Source of the DNA: Acidobacteriota bacterium
Lineage (GTDB): Bacteria; Acidobacteriota; UBA890; WLXD01
DNA: 64,000 bases
NCBI GenBank assembly: GCA_963666055.2
Contig: CAXWPH010000010.1
Location: 32,001-96,000, forward strand
Reading direction: 5' to 3'
The translations under genes were made by a program, and so were the position numbers. Within the stretch, counting starts at the first letter, position 1. Every line of letters starts with the position of its first letter. The notes below the pieces were generated by a model that worked only from the letters and a program-made list of their open reading frames with translations, ran no database searches and was not told the DNA's origin. Below, piece after piece: positions 1-10,242 of this stretch.

Positions 1-518
1 ATCGACATCAGCAGACGAGCCGCGGCGCATCGTGTGGACGGTCAGCCGGGAGGCGCAACAAGAAAGAAGAGCGCATCGAAGTGTATGCTCAAACCGCAGA
101 GCGAGCCGCCGAGGCTGCATGCTGGTTTGCAGACCACGCAGAGGATGCGCTCGAACTGATTACGCGCGAGTTCATCGATCCAGCGCATCTGTGGAAAGAC
201 CGTCCATCACGAGAACATAGTCCAGAGCCTTTTCCGAGCCCGCTTGATGACATGTCCCCTGATGAAGCCACCGAGTCCAGTCAATAAATCCACGAGCACG
301 TGTACCGTAATTGGCACAATGAGCCTATCCCGGCGCTCGCGAACCAGACCCCCGAGCAAGCCATGCGTTCCAAGTCAGGCCGACGCGACATCGTTCGGCT
401 CATGAAGAGCTATGATATCTAGGAGGAGCGCCGCGCGGAAACAGAAGATCGACCCGCGATCGACTACGGTTTTCTTTGCAAGAGGCTAGGAATGTCTCGG
501 CGCGAGGAGTCGGGCTAG
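1..518 (+). pseudogene. Degraded C-terminal part of a protein with an MbcA/ParS/Xre C-terminal (DUF2384)-like motif
   Basis: The frame of ORF 81..287 continues past TAA 285-287 as IHEHVYRNWHNEPIPALANQTPEQAMRSKSGRRDIVRLMKSY, and past TAG 420-422 to TAG 516-518. W-x3-PIPAL-x3-TP resembles DUF2384. Confidence 0.45.
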
Positions 519-651
519 ATATGCCTGCCGACGGGCAATCGCGCCAGCCGACGCAGCCGCGCCGCCGGACAGCGCAGCGATGTCGGCCGACCGTGGAAAG
601 AGCGTGACTTCCTAGGCGTCCTGCGCCCGGCACGGTGGAGACGGAATCGTC

Positions 652-1797
652 ATGTGTAGCACGTCTGTGGAGTGCAAATGGCCAATGAACGACACGGCCG
701 CCATCAACGTTGCCGTGCGAAGAATCCCATGTGCCCTGCTGTTCGCTTTGAATGCTGTGGGAGCCGCTGGCTGCGTCTCGAACCCCACCTTGGAGATGTT
801 CCAGGCCGATGATCCTGCATGCTACGACCGCTCCGTCCAATCCCAAACTGCGGTGGTGGATACTCATCTCCACTTCCGGCCGTTTGGAGGTCCTGCGATC
901 CCGTTCGAGGAACTGGTCTCCTATCTCGAGGAGACCGGCGTCGTGTTCGCCAACATCTATGGCGTTGGCCAGACGCTGCCCGTGACTACGTCCTGCACCT
1001 ATTACTTGGACTGTCCCGGTACGCCGGTGACACCGACGTTGAAGAATGACTTTCTCAATGCCGCCAACACCATCATGAACGCGCCCGCTGGGATCCATCT
1101 GACGCTCTCGATGAGCTTCCCGGACTTGTCGCGCCCAGAGACGATCCTCCCCAGGATGCAACTGCTGAACGAGGAATACCCCAGCGCATTCGCCTGGATG
1201 GGCGAAATCAACCTGGTGAAACAAGCGCTGTTCGGCAACGGGAGGGCGCCGGTCCCCCTGGCGACGCTACTCAGGTGGGCGCCTTTCATGGAGGCGCTGC
1301 GGGAACGAGATATCCCGCTGGCGATTCACGCCGATTTGGGCAACGACGAGGAACCGACACGACACCTGCCGCTCATGGAGGAAGTGCTGCGCTTGTATCC
1401 GGACAACGCAATCGTTTGGGTGCACATGGGCCTGTCCCGGGAACTGGTCAACATGAACGCCGTCCAGCATATTCGAATCATGAGTGCGCTGCTGGATCGT
1501 TATTCGAAGCTGCTGTTGGATATCTCCTGGCGGGTGCTCGACGATGCCTACTTCTCAGACCCGGACAACCGGACGCTCTATGCGTCGTTTCTGAATGAGT
1601 ACTCGGAGCGAATCCTGCCGGGAACGGACTTCTTGGCATCGAGTGACAAAGACATCGCCGTCTATCGCACCGAGCTGCAGATCACCAGTCGGATCCTGCG
1701 TGACTTGAACGACACGGCCTTCCGCAACATCGCCTTGGGTCAGAACTATTTCCGCTTGTTGGATCTGGACTACACCGCGCCGCCGGTATGTCAATGA
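652..1797 (+). CDS. Amidohydrolase family protein (TIM barrel), possibly a lipoprotein
   Basis: VVDTHLHF metal-binding HxH, AIHAD, VHMG and PGTDF motifs; N-terminal hydrophobic stretch ending AAGC. The start could be ATG 685. Confidence 0.8.
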   Translation: MCSTSVECKWPMNDTAAINVAVRRIPCALLFALNAVGAAGCVSNPTLEMFQADDPACYDRSVQSQTAVVDTHLHFRPFGGPAIPFEELVSYLEETGVVFANIYGVGQTLPVTTSCTYYLDCPGTPVTPTLKNDFLNAANTIMNAPAGIHLTLSMSFPDLSRPETILPRMQLLNEEYPSAFAWMGEINLVKQALFGNGRAPVPLATLLRWAPFMEALRERDIPLAIHADLGNDEEPTRHLPLMEEVLRLYPDNAIVWVHMGLSRELVNMNAVQHIRIMSALLDRYSKLLLDISWRVLDDAYFSDPDNRTLYASFLNEYSERILPGTDFLASSDKDIAVYRTELQITSRILRDLNDTAFRNIALGQNYFRLLDLDYTAPPVCQ

Positions 1798-2101
1798 AAC
1801 CCGAATTCGACGTGTCGGTTCCCGTCGTGCCGATGACCGACGAGACGTCGGCGAAGCGCTTCTAATCTCGAGTACCTGGGCATGAAATCGACTGGGAGCA
1901 CCGATTTAGCGATACATCGCCCCTGTACATGCAGGTCCGACAGGGTGGATCCGTAATCCATCTCGACGGTCACACGGGCGCTGAAGCTCCAAGGGCACGG
2001 TGCGTGTGACGGTGCAGGGTCTCGATCACTACCGCCAGCTGCTGTGTTCGAGGGCTCCCGGTGCCAACGCCCCCTCGCTGGTTAGACCACGGGGTACGAA
2101 T

Positions 2102-2170
2102 CGGGAAATGCCGATCGAGGACCCGTCGGGGAACCTGCTGATCTTCGCGGAGCCGGACTCCGACGACTAG
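2102..2170 (+). pseudogene. VOC/glyoxalase C-terminal remnant
   Basis: Translates REMPIEDPSGNLLIFAEPDSDD*; DPxGN is the typical VOC C-terminal motif. No N-terminus found. Confidence 0.35.
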
Positions 2171-2360
2171 CGAGCACCGGTCTGTTCATCAAGACCGAGC
2201 CGTCAACCGAGCACGATTGATCCTGATGTGGGACTGGACTTGTGCTAGCAATCGAGCGTCACGATGAGTGCCCTGGGTGGCCGGCCGGGACCTCGATTCC
2301 GGGCGGGCTCGGGGCGATGGAGCGCCCGCGAGGGGCAGGCGCTACGGCGATGCAGGCCAC

Positions 2361-2470
2361 ATGTCCACGAAAACCCAACCTCGTAGGGCCGGTGAGATGA
2401 TCGACTTGGAGGAGCGGATCGCGGCGCTGCAGGGGATGGACTTGCCCACGCTCCGTGATGAATGGCGTCG
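2361..2470 (+). pseudogene. DUF2924 protein N-terminal fragment
   Basis: IDLEERIAALQGMDLPTLRDEWRR, cut off by the IS3 remnant on the opposite strand. Confidence 0.5.
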
Positions 2471-2471
2471 T

Positions 2472-2613
2472 CCTTCTTAGCCCTCCTGCCCGACTCCACC
2501 TCCTGCAGAACCCGGATGATCTGCTCTTCGCTGAATCGACTCTTGCGCATCCGCTCCTCCGTAGCTTGACCAGTCTCGCATTTCCACTGTGCCGAGTTAC
2601 GGGGAGCACGTCA
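2472..2613 (-). mobile_element. IS3-family left end with truncated orfA
   Basis: The minus strand begins TGACGTGCTCCCCGTAACTCGG at 2613 (IS3-like TG end), followed by GGAGGAG and MRKSRFSEEQIIRVLQEVESGRRAK, then truncates. Confidence 0.7.
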
Positions 2614-2689
2614 GATTAGGCCTCGGATCGGCGGGATCGAGGGACGATCTCAGTTTACACTTAGCCCTGACGCTCATCTCGGCATATAC

Positions 2690-3046
2690 TTAGCTGTGAC
2701 GCTCGAAGATGCTGAACTGATTGTCTTGCCGTAGGTGCCGCGCCCGCGCTTGCCCTTGATCCGACGCGCCCCGAAGAAGCTCTCGCCCACCTCGACGACC
2801 CCGAGCGGGCGCTGCGCTTCACAGGCAAGCACAATGCGTTGCCGCAAGCCCCGGTACAGCCGGTTCACAGTGTTGCGGTTCCGACCGCTCAGCGCCGCCG
2901 TCTGAAGGGCTGTGAGATCGGCCGCGAGGCAGCGCACGATCTCGCGGGTCTGGGCCTCGGACATCCTTGCACGCTTCCCGCACCTGTTTTTCATTGTCAT
3001 GCTTAGCCTTATGCCTCATCCAGAGACTCTCAGCTAGGCAAGACCC
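2690..3046 (-). mobile_element. IS1595-family (IS1016-like) truncated transposase with left end
   Basis: MKNR..ARMSEAQTREIVRC..DLTA..NRNTVNRLY..VEVGESFFGARRIKGKRGRG; the first catalytic D (VEVDES) appears as G. Putative end GGGTCTTGCCTAGCTG at 3031-3046. C-terminal half missing. Confidence 0.75.
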
Positions 3047-3084
3047 TTTCTTTATTGGAGTTCCCCATGGCCGCGTTCCGGCCT

Positions 3085-3395
3085 TCACCCATCTAACCGG
3101 AAGCCCCAGTCGTAGCTGATGCGCACGTAGTAGTAAGCGCCGTTAAAGCCGAAAGGCGAAGACTGACCGTATCGGATTCCTTGGCCAGCAGCGCCCAGCA
3201 GGTTGACGTCCGGGTACGTGTTCAGAATGTTCTGGGCCCCCGTGGAGAAGGTGAGCTCGTCGTTGATAGGTACGTTGAACACGACATCGAGAAGCACCTT
3301 GCCCCGGTACAACTGGTACAGGTAGGACAGGTCGGGGTTGCCGAGCGTTGCCGTTGCCCAGGTTCTAGCGTCTTCCTGGTCCCAGTACTGGCCGT
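3085..3395 (-). pseudogene. TonB-dependent receptor C-terminal fragment fused to IS3 orfB
   Basis: GKVLLDV...LTFSTGAQNILNTYPD...SPFGFNGAYYYVRISYDW is a typical TBDR C-terminus. Confidence 0.7.
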
Positions 3396-4194
3396 TTCGA
3401 GTGCGCTGCGGCGGTCGGCGCTCGTTGTAGAAGTCCATCCAGCAGCCGATCCCGGCCCGAGCCTCGGAGCCAGTCGCGTACTCTGACAGATAGACTTGCT
3501 CGTATTTCAGTGATCGCCATAGCCGCTCGATGAAGACGTTGTCCATCCAGCGGCCCTTGCCGTCCATGGAGATCCGAATGCCGGCCTCCTTGAGCGCGTC
3601 GGTGAAGTCGACGCTGGTGAATTGGCTACCCTGATCAGTGTTGAAGATCTCGGGCGCACCGTAGCGCTCGAGAGCCTCTTGCAAGGCCTCGACGCAGAAG
3701 CTCGCATCGAGCGTGTTGGACAGGCGCCAGGACAGCACCTTGCGGCTCGCCCAGTCCATCACCGCAACCAGGTACAGAAAACCTCGCTGCAGCGGGATGT
3801 AGGTCACATCCGCACACCAAACGTGGTTCGGTCGCGTGATCTGCAGATCGCCCAGCAGGTAGGGATAGATCCTGTGCTCCGGGTGCGGCTGAGACGTCCT
3901 GGGCCGCTGGAAGATAGCTTGCAACCGCAGCAGCCGCATCAGGCGGCGCACCCGCTTGCGAGAGACCGTGTAGCCCTGACGACGTAGCCAGCGTTTCATC
4001 TGACGGGAGCCGTAGAACGGCGTCTCCAAAAACTGCTCGCCGATCAACCGCATCAGGCGCAGGTTCAACGGGCTCTCGCCCTTGCCCTCGTAGTAGAACG
4101 ACGAGCGCGCGATTGACACCAAGCAGCACTGTCGCGCGCTGCTGAGCCGTGCGTGGTCGCGATCAATCATCGCTACTCTCCGGCCGCGGCTCAA
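3396..4194 (-). mobile_element. IS3-family transposase OrfB (rve integrase core), 3' end lost
   Basis: PFYGSRQM, WCADVTY, NTDQGSQFTS and DNVFIERLWRSLKYE give the DDE triad. Ends near YNERRP, where it joins the TBDR fragment. Confidence 0.9.
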
Positions 4195-4475
4195 CGACCG
4201 AAGACTTTGGATAAAAAATCCCGCTCGATGACGAGCTCTCCGATCTTCGCCCGCAGCTCCTTGATCTCCGCCTCCCGAGAGACCTCATCCCGCTCTTGCT
4301 TGCCCGAGAAGCCGGCCAGTACCTTCTGCCGAGCCTTCTTCTTCCAGTTGGCGATCAGGTTCGGATGCACATCGTAGCGGGCTGCCAGCTCCGCCATCGT
4401 CGCTTCCTCCCGAAGCGCCTCCAAAGCGACCTTCGCCTTCAGCTCAGCAGGATAACTTCGTCTCTTCCGTGGCAT
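4191..4475 (-). mobile_element. IS3-family transposase OrfA
   Basis: RRSYPAELKAKVALEAL...LAARYDVHPNLIANWKK...KIGELVIERDFL; 4-nt overlap with orfB. Confidence 0.9.
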
Positions 4476-4542
4476 TCCAGACTCCTTCGGGGTCCACCTC
4501 TATGACCCACGCAAGGGCACGCTATCGTCTCGACAGCTGGCC

Positions 4543-5526
4543 ATGCTGCCCCCGCCGGACGAGTTCACGATGCTGCTTCTGGACCCACCGGACCACACGC
4601 GGCTGCGGGCGGTCGTCAGGACGGCGTTTACCCCGAGGGCGGTCAACGCGCTTGAGTCCCGCATCCGCGCCATTCTGGGGGCCCTGCTGGACGAAATCGA
4701 CGACCCGACGGCGTTCGACTTTATGCAGGCAGTGGCCCGGCCCCTGCCAGTGATCGTCATCGCCGAGATGCTGGGCGTTCCGGCTGAAGACAGGGCACAA
4801 TTCATGATCTGGTCGGAGCAGCGTGCGCGACTGGCTGGACCCGATGATCGGTGCGCGCGAACGTAAGGCCGGCGCGGCGGCCTCGCGGGCGTTCGACGCC
4901 TATTTCCGACCGATCATCGAGGAGCGGCGCGCCGAGCCGCGCGACGACATCGTAAGCACCCTGGTGCGAGCGCAGGACGAAAGCGTACATTTGAGCGAAC
5001 GCGAGACGCTGAACATGCTTCGGCTTCTGCTCAGCGCCGGCAACGAGACCACCGTAAACCTGATCGAAACGGCATCCTGGCCCTGCTTCGGCATCCCGAA
5101 CAGCTTCAACGGCTCCGGGAAGACCCGAGCCTGATCCCGGCGGCCGTGGAGGAACTGCTGCGCTTCGACTCTCCGGTGCAGGTGGATTTTCGGCGTGTGC
5201 TCGCGGACTGCGAGGTCAACGGCTCTCCGCTACGAGAACGTGACAATGTCGTCCTTCTTCTGGGCGCAGCCAACCGGGATCCGGACGTGTTCGAGAATCC
5301 GGACCGGCTCGATGTTGATCGCCACCAGGGTTCGCACCTCTCTTTCGGGAGCGGGATCCACCATTGCCTCGGCGCCCTGCTAGCGCGTTTGGAAGGCCGG
5401 ATCGTTCTCGAGATACTGCTCGACCGGTTCAAGTCGATGAGCCTATTTGAGGATCACCCGCGGTTTCGCAAGAGCCTCATCATCCGAGGCCCCCAATCCC
5501 TGGCGGTGCGCTGCCGCAGACTCTGA
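4543..5526 (+). pseudogene. Cytochrome P450, 5'-truncated, with two frameshifts
   Basis: Split over ORFs 4543, 4823 and 5146: LLLDPPDHTRLR, AGNETT (I-helix), EELLR (ExxR), FGSGIHHCLG (heme Cys). Confidence 0.9.
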
Positions 5527-5694
5527 GGCATGGACGCCATGTATCTCGGCGGTGGCTAGTTCGTCCCTGCTTCGGCGATAGTATCTCCAGCGGTGGCGGT
5601 GGCTTATTCGGTGCAGCAAGGAAGAGCGCTAGCCGTCGGAGATGATTGAGTCAGGAGTGTGCCCGAAGGAAAATCCTGCGATAAAGGCACCATC

Positions 5695-5814
5695 ATGAGC
5701 GAAAGGAGACACATTCGATCGCATCCTGGCATCGTTGCACGAAGCCGCGCTCGACGACGCCTACTGGCCAGCCGCCTCCGCCCTTATAGATGACGCGGTC
5801 CGCGCGAAGGGCCA
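5695..5814 (+). pseudogene. N-terminal remnant of a probable LuxR-type regulator
   Basis: After a frameshift just past ATG 5695 it reads DTFDRILASLHEAALDDAYWPAASALIDDAVRAKG. Family recalled by resemblance only. Confidence 0.35.
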
Positions 5815-6278
5815 CGACCGGGCTGGCCGTCGACCTGCGGGTGCGGATGCTGGTGGTGCACCAGGCTGAAGGGTTCCGGGAGCGGGGGCATGGCGCTGTC
5901 GCTGAGCTACAACCCGACGCCGTCGACGCCGCTGGGCTTTACGGCGCGGGTGGCGCCGTCGTGGAGCGGTGAGGCGACGAGCGGGGCCGAAGGCGATGTG
6001 GGGCCGGGAGACGATGGCGGGGATGGAGCACGGCGGCGGCGACGACGGCACCCGGCTCGATGCGGAGGTTAGCTACGGGCTGCCGGTGGGCAGCCGCTTC
6101 GTGGGGACGCCGCGGGCCGGCGTCAGAACCTCGGAGTACGGACGGGACTACCGGGTCGGCTACGGCCTTGGAGTGCTCGACCGGGAGCGTCTGAACCTCG
6201 AACTGGAGGTCGATGCGCACCGCCGTGAGAGTCCGATGCTGGACGGCACAGATCACGGCGCGCTCGCGCGGGCCACAC
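5815..6278 (+). pseudogene. Autotransporter-like beta-barrel C-terminal remnant of a large surface protein
   Basis: Across two frameshifts: GLAVDLRVRMLVVHQAEGFRERG / LSLSYNPTPSTPLGFTARVAPSW / RLDAEVSYGLPVGSRFVGTP...RDYRVGYGL, with amphipathic beta-strand patterning. Confidence 0.55.
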
Positions 6279-6444
6279 AGTTCTTCACGCTGACCGACAC
6301 CGGACAAAAGCCTAGCAGCCTCTGCCGGCTTGCGTCCCAGTTGCTCTCGTCGCACTTTGTCGGCGTGGGCGGCACTTACGATCCAGTCCACGGGCTCCAG
6401 CGCGGGTTGTACCGGGGGTACCGGGTGCGGACGGTGCATCAGAG

Positions 6445-7240
6445 TCAGTAGGGTCCGCCAGTTGTCGGCGACACGGTCGTTCAGGCCATCGGGCACGTCG
6501 GGATCGGCGTTGCGGAGCGCCTCGCGGTGATCGGCAGCCCACCGCGCCGCCTGGCGGAGCACGTCCTCAAGGTCGAGGCTTCCGAGTCGCAATCGCTCGA
6601 CCTTCTCGGCCGGTGTCTTGCGCTGCATGGGGACCACGATGGAGCGGTCCTGCAGCGTGTCCGTCAGGTTGCCGATCAGAGCCACGGCTTTCGGTCCCCA
6701 CGTGGAGAACTTAGCCGGCTCGTGGTCTTCGCCCACAGTGCGAATCACGTACGCGGTTCCCCGCGTGTGCCCAGCATTCAGAATGCCTCGAAGCTCCTCC
6801 CGCTCTCGGAGAAACGAGTCCGCCTCATCGACCAATAGGGTCGGTCTCCATTTCTCTACCGCACGGAACAGCGCGGCCGGCGTGATATTGGAAGCAGCGA
6901 GCGGTCTCGGCACGAGGCGGCTGAGCACTGTCAGCGCGGTGGTCTTGCCGCACCGCTTCTCCGGCGACACCAGCGCCAGTAGTGGAGAAACGTCGGCAGC
7001 ATCGTGCGCGTGAGCGAAGACGGTCCAGAGGGCGAAGGCCGTTGCGGCCCCCTCTGCCAGCACCGCGAATCGAGTGAACGTCTGGGCAAGAGCGGCCAGG
7101 AGAACGGCTCCATCCACTGATTCTGGCCACAGCTCCGGATCTGCCAACGCGACACTCGCCCCCTGGTCGGTGCGGTCCTTCGCCGGTCCACCGTCCAGAC
7201 GCCGAAGGTCTTTGTGCGCCTCGTCGCGCAGAGTGTCGAT
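6445..7240 (-). pseudogene. DUF3631-type phage/ICE replication-associated ATPase fragment
   Basis: [14 protein letters not shown]...FALW...SPEKRCGKTT (Walker A-like), TLLVDEAD (Walker B), GILNAGH, TLQDRSI. Both ends run into unrelated sequence. Confidence 0.75.
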
Positions 7241-7274
7241 CACGCTGACTCGCCAGTCACTGGCTCGCGCGATC

Positions 7275-8384
7275 GGCCGTGCCCCCCTGGGCGCGGTATT
7301 GCGTGAATACATTGTCAGCGAGGCTATGGCGTCCCTGGACATTCCCTCAACGCGCTCGCTGGCGGCCGTGACCACTGGCGAGCAGGTATACCGGGAGACC
7401 GCCCTGCCCGGCGCAGTCCTGGCCCGCGTGGCTCAGAGCCATATCCGTATTGGTACCTTTCAGTTTTTTGCCTCAAAGCAGGATACCGAAGCACTGCAAA
7501 TGCTGGTGGCCCACGTGATAGCTCGCCACTACCCGGACCTGGCCGCGGCAGACAATCCCGCGCAGGCGCTGCTGCAGGAAGTCGTAAGCCAGCAGGCACA
7601 ACTGGTGGCTCGCTGGCAACTGGTGGGCTTTATCCACGGGGTGATGAATACGGACAATATGCTGCTTTCCGGGTAAACCATTGATTACGGGCCCTGTGCC
7701 TTTATGGATGATTTCAATCCCGACACGGTCTACAGCTCCATTGACCACGGCGGCCGTTATGCCTACCGCAACCAGCCCCGCATCGCCCACTGGAACCTGG
7801 CCTTCCTGGCACAGATCCTGTTACCACTGCTGCATGAAGTCCAGGAGCAAGCCGTAACGCTGGCGAAGGAGAGCATTGATGCGTTTCCCGATTTGTTCCG
7901 GGACGCCCACCAGCAGGGCATTGCTTGCAAGCTTGGCTTTCGGCCCGAGGGTGAAGAGGACGAATCCCTGCTACAGGACCTGTTGTCAGTGATGGCGGAG
8001 ACCGGTGTGTACTTCACCCTCAGTTTCCGGCACCTGGCCGACCTCGCCAACGGGGACGCGGGCGACGAAGGCGTCAGCGCTATTTTTGAATTCCCGCAAG
8101 TATTCAATTCATGGCTGGAGCGCTGGCGGAAGCGACTGGAAAAAGAACCGACCACGCCCGCCGGGAGACAGGGATCCATGTACGCAGCCAACCCGGCCTT
8201 CATTCCGCGCAATCACCTCGTGGAAGAAGCGATTGAGGCGGCTACCACCGACAGTGATTTCGAGCCATTTCACGCCCTGGTGGAGCGTCTGGCAAAGCCC
8301 TTTGAGTACGATCCGTCCCAATCGCGCCTGGCCCTGCCGCCACGACCGGAGCAAGTCGTGCGACAGACTTTCTGCGGGACGTAA
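7275..8384 (+). pseudogene. selO: Protein adenylyltransferase SelO (YdiU), 5'-truncated, with internal stop
   Basis: [27 protein letters not shown] and [11 protein letters not shown], then TAA 7674-7676, continuing in frame as TIDYGPCAFMD...ANPAFIPRNH...QTFCGT. Confidence 0.9.
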
Positions 8385-8661
8385 TGACGCTACCCGGAAG
8401 ATGCGCAGTGCTTGAAGCCGGCACCTACCGTCAGAGGATTACCGTGCGCTGGCCGTTCAGCAGCACCCGCTGTTCGTCCTTTCGCACAGCCCGGCCCCTT
8501 AAGCTCCTTTGTAGCCGTATCTTCTGAAAGCAGGCCAGTGGCGAATCCTTCGGGTGCTCCTCCGGCGCGCTTCGGCTCCAGAATCGTTTTGGAACAGTCG
8601 CTCAGGGCACGCTGGTTAAGCGGCGGGAGCGGCTATCGGTGATTGCGGCGACCGTTGCCGC

Positions 8662-9984
8662 TCATCGAGCTCGTCTGGACACTCCAGCCCTCCATTCCTT
8701 CCACCGCGACCACCGCTTTCTCCTTGATGACGACGGTTTGATCGACACGTCGCCACCGCCCTTCAACTCCATCACCGCATCGAGCACGTTCTGCGCCACG
8801 GCTCTGAAGATCTTGGTGACTTCGCTGTCGGGGTGCTCGACAACGTAGGGTGTGCCTGCATCGCCCGCAATGGCAATCTGCGGATCGAGCGGCAGCGCGC
8901 CCAGGAACGGCACGCCGAGCTCCTCTGCCGTTCGCCGCCCGCCATCAGTGCTGAACACGTGCGTGCGATGCCCGCACTCCGGACACGTGAAGACCGACAT
9001 GTTCTCCACCAGCCCGAGCACCGGCACATCGACTTCCTGGAACATGCGGAGCCCTTTGCGGGCGTCGATCAACGCCACATCCTGCGGCGTGGTGACAATC
9101 ACGGCGCCATCGAGTGGCGCCGATTGAGTCAACGTGAGCTGCACATCGCCGGTGCCCGGAGGCAGGTCGATTACCAGCACCTCAGCGCCGCGCCAATCGA
9201 CGTCGCGGAGGAACTGCCGTACCGCCTTCGTCACGATTGGCCCGCGCCAGATCACCGGATCGCCTTCGGGCTGCAGGAAACCGAGCGACATGAGCTTCAT
9301 ACCGAACTTGTCGACCGGCACCATCACCCGCTTGCCGTCGAGATCGATGATCTTCGGCTGCTCATGGGTGCCCAGCATGGTGGGTACCGAGGGACCGTAA
9401 ATATCTGCATCCATCAGGCCGACGTGCTGGCCGAGCTGCGCCAGGGCGGCCGAGAGATTCACCGCCACGGTTGACTTTCCCACGCCTCCCTTTCCCGAGG
9501 CCACCGCCACCACGTGCTTCACCCCACCGATCGGGGTGCGGTCGTACAGCGCCGCCGGTCGGCCAGGGGCTGGGGGCCCGGTACCAGGCGCCGGCGGTCT
9601 GCCGGTCGCAGGACCTGCCGGTGCGCCGGCCGCACCGCCGAGGCCGGGGCTGGCTGCACCGCCAGGTGACCGGCCAGGCTGCGGCGCCGAAACGCCCTTC
9701 GACTCGGGAGCCGCGATCTCGAGGCTGACGCTGTCGACCCCGTCGAGCGCCATCACCGCGTCGTGCGATGCGCGTGCGATCTGCTGCTGATGTTCCGGCG
9801 AGCCGATTGGGATATTGAGACGGACAGTCACCCCGCCACCGTCGATTCGCACTGCCTCGACAAAGCCGAACGACACGATGTCGCGCGACAGGCCCGGGAA
9901 CTGCACGGTGGTCAGAGCTTCTCGAATACGTTCTTCGCTGAGAGCCAATTTGCGAGACTCCTCGTCCATCCGTTTCAATGTCAA
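8662..9984 (-). CDS. mrp: Mrp/NBP35 Fe-S cluster carrier ATPase
   Basis: N-terminal DUF59-like domain, SGKGGVGKST, DADIYGPS, WRGP, DLPPGTGD, ENMS..CPEC. Confidence 0.95.
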   Translation of the reverse strand: MTLKRMDEESRKLALSEERIREALTTVQFPGLSRDIVSFGFVEAVRIDGGGVTVRLNIPIGSPEHQQQIARASHDAVMALDGVDSVSLEIAAPESKGVSAPQPGRSPGGAASPGLGGAAGAPAGPATGRPPAPGTGPPAPGRPAALYDRTPIGGVKHVVAVASGKGGVGKSTVAVNLSAALAQLGQHVGLMDADIYGPSVPTMLGTHEQPKIIDLDGKRVMVPVDKFGMKLMSLGFLQPEGDPVIWRGPIVTKAVRQFLRDVDWRGAEVLVIDLPPGTGDVQLTLTQSAPLDGAVIVTTPQDVALIDARKGLRMFQEVDVPVLGLVENMSVFTCPECGHRTHVFSTDGGRRTAEELGVPFLGALPLDPQIAIAGDAGTPYVVEHPDSEVTKIFRAVAQNVLDAVMELKGGGDVSIKPSSSRRKRWSRWKEWRAGVSRRAR

Positions 9985-10242
9985 CCTGTCCTGCGTCCCA
10001 CAGATCGACTCTCTTTCGACGAGCGCGCGGAACGTTCTAACGAAGATAGCGCGATTGCCCGGTTCCGGTATACCAGCGGCCTCGATGATTCAAGCCAAGG
10101 GACGGAAGCCAAGTATCATACGATAGCCACATTGATCTTTTTGGGGAGTCTCTTTGGCGTCGGGATGCTACCGCTGAAGGAATTGTTTCAGTTTGCCGTC
10201 GACAATAGGGTGGCCATCTTCGAAGCAAGTGGCAGATCAGCG

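Noticed and set aside
7674-7676. Stop-codon recoding (selenocysteine or alternative code) in selO and other pseudogenes
   Set aside because: The stop is TAA, not TGA, the gene is also 5'-truncated, and intact genes here use all three stop codons normally.
8460-8640. Possible IS-end or ncRNA remnant (TTTTGGAACAGTCGC, CCTTCGGG)
   Set aside because: No partner IR or recognisable fold could be established by eye.
9763-10242. 160-aa N-terminal extension of MoaA
   Set aside because: Overlaps mrp on the opposite strand and the divergent promoter region; ATG 10243 gives a normal length.
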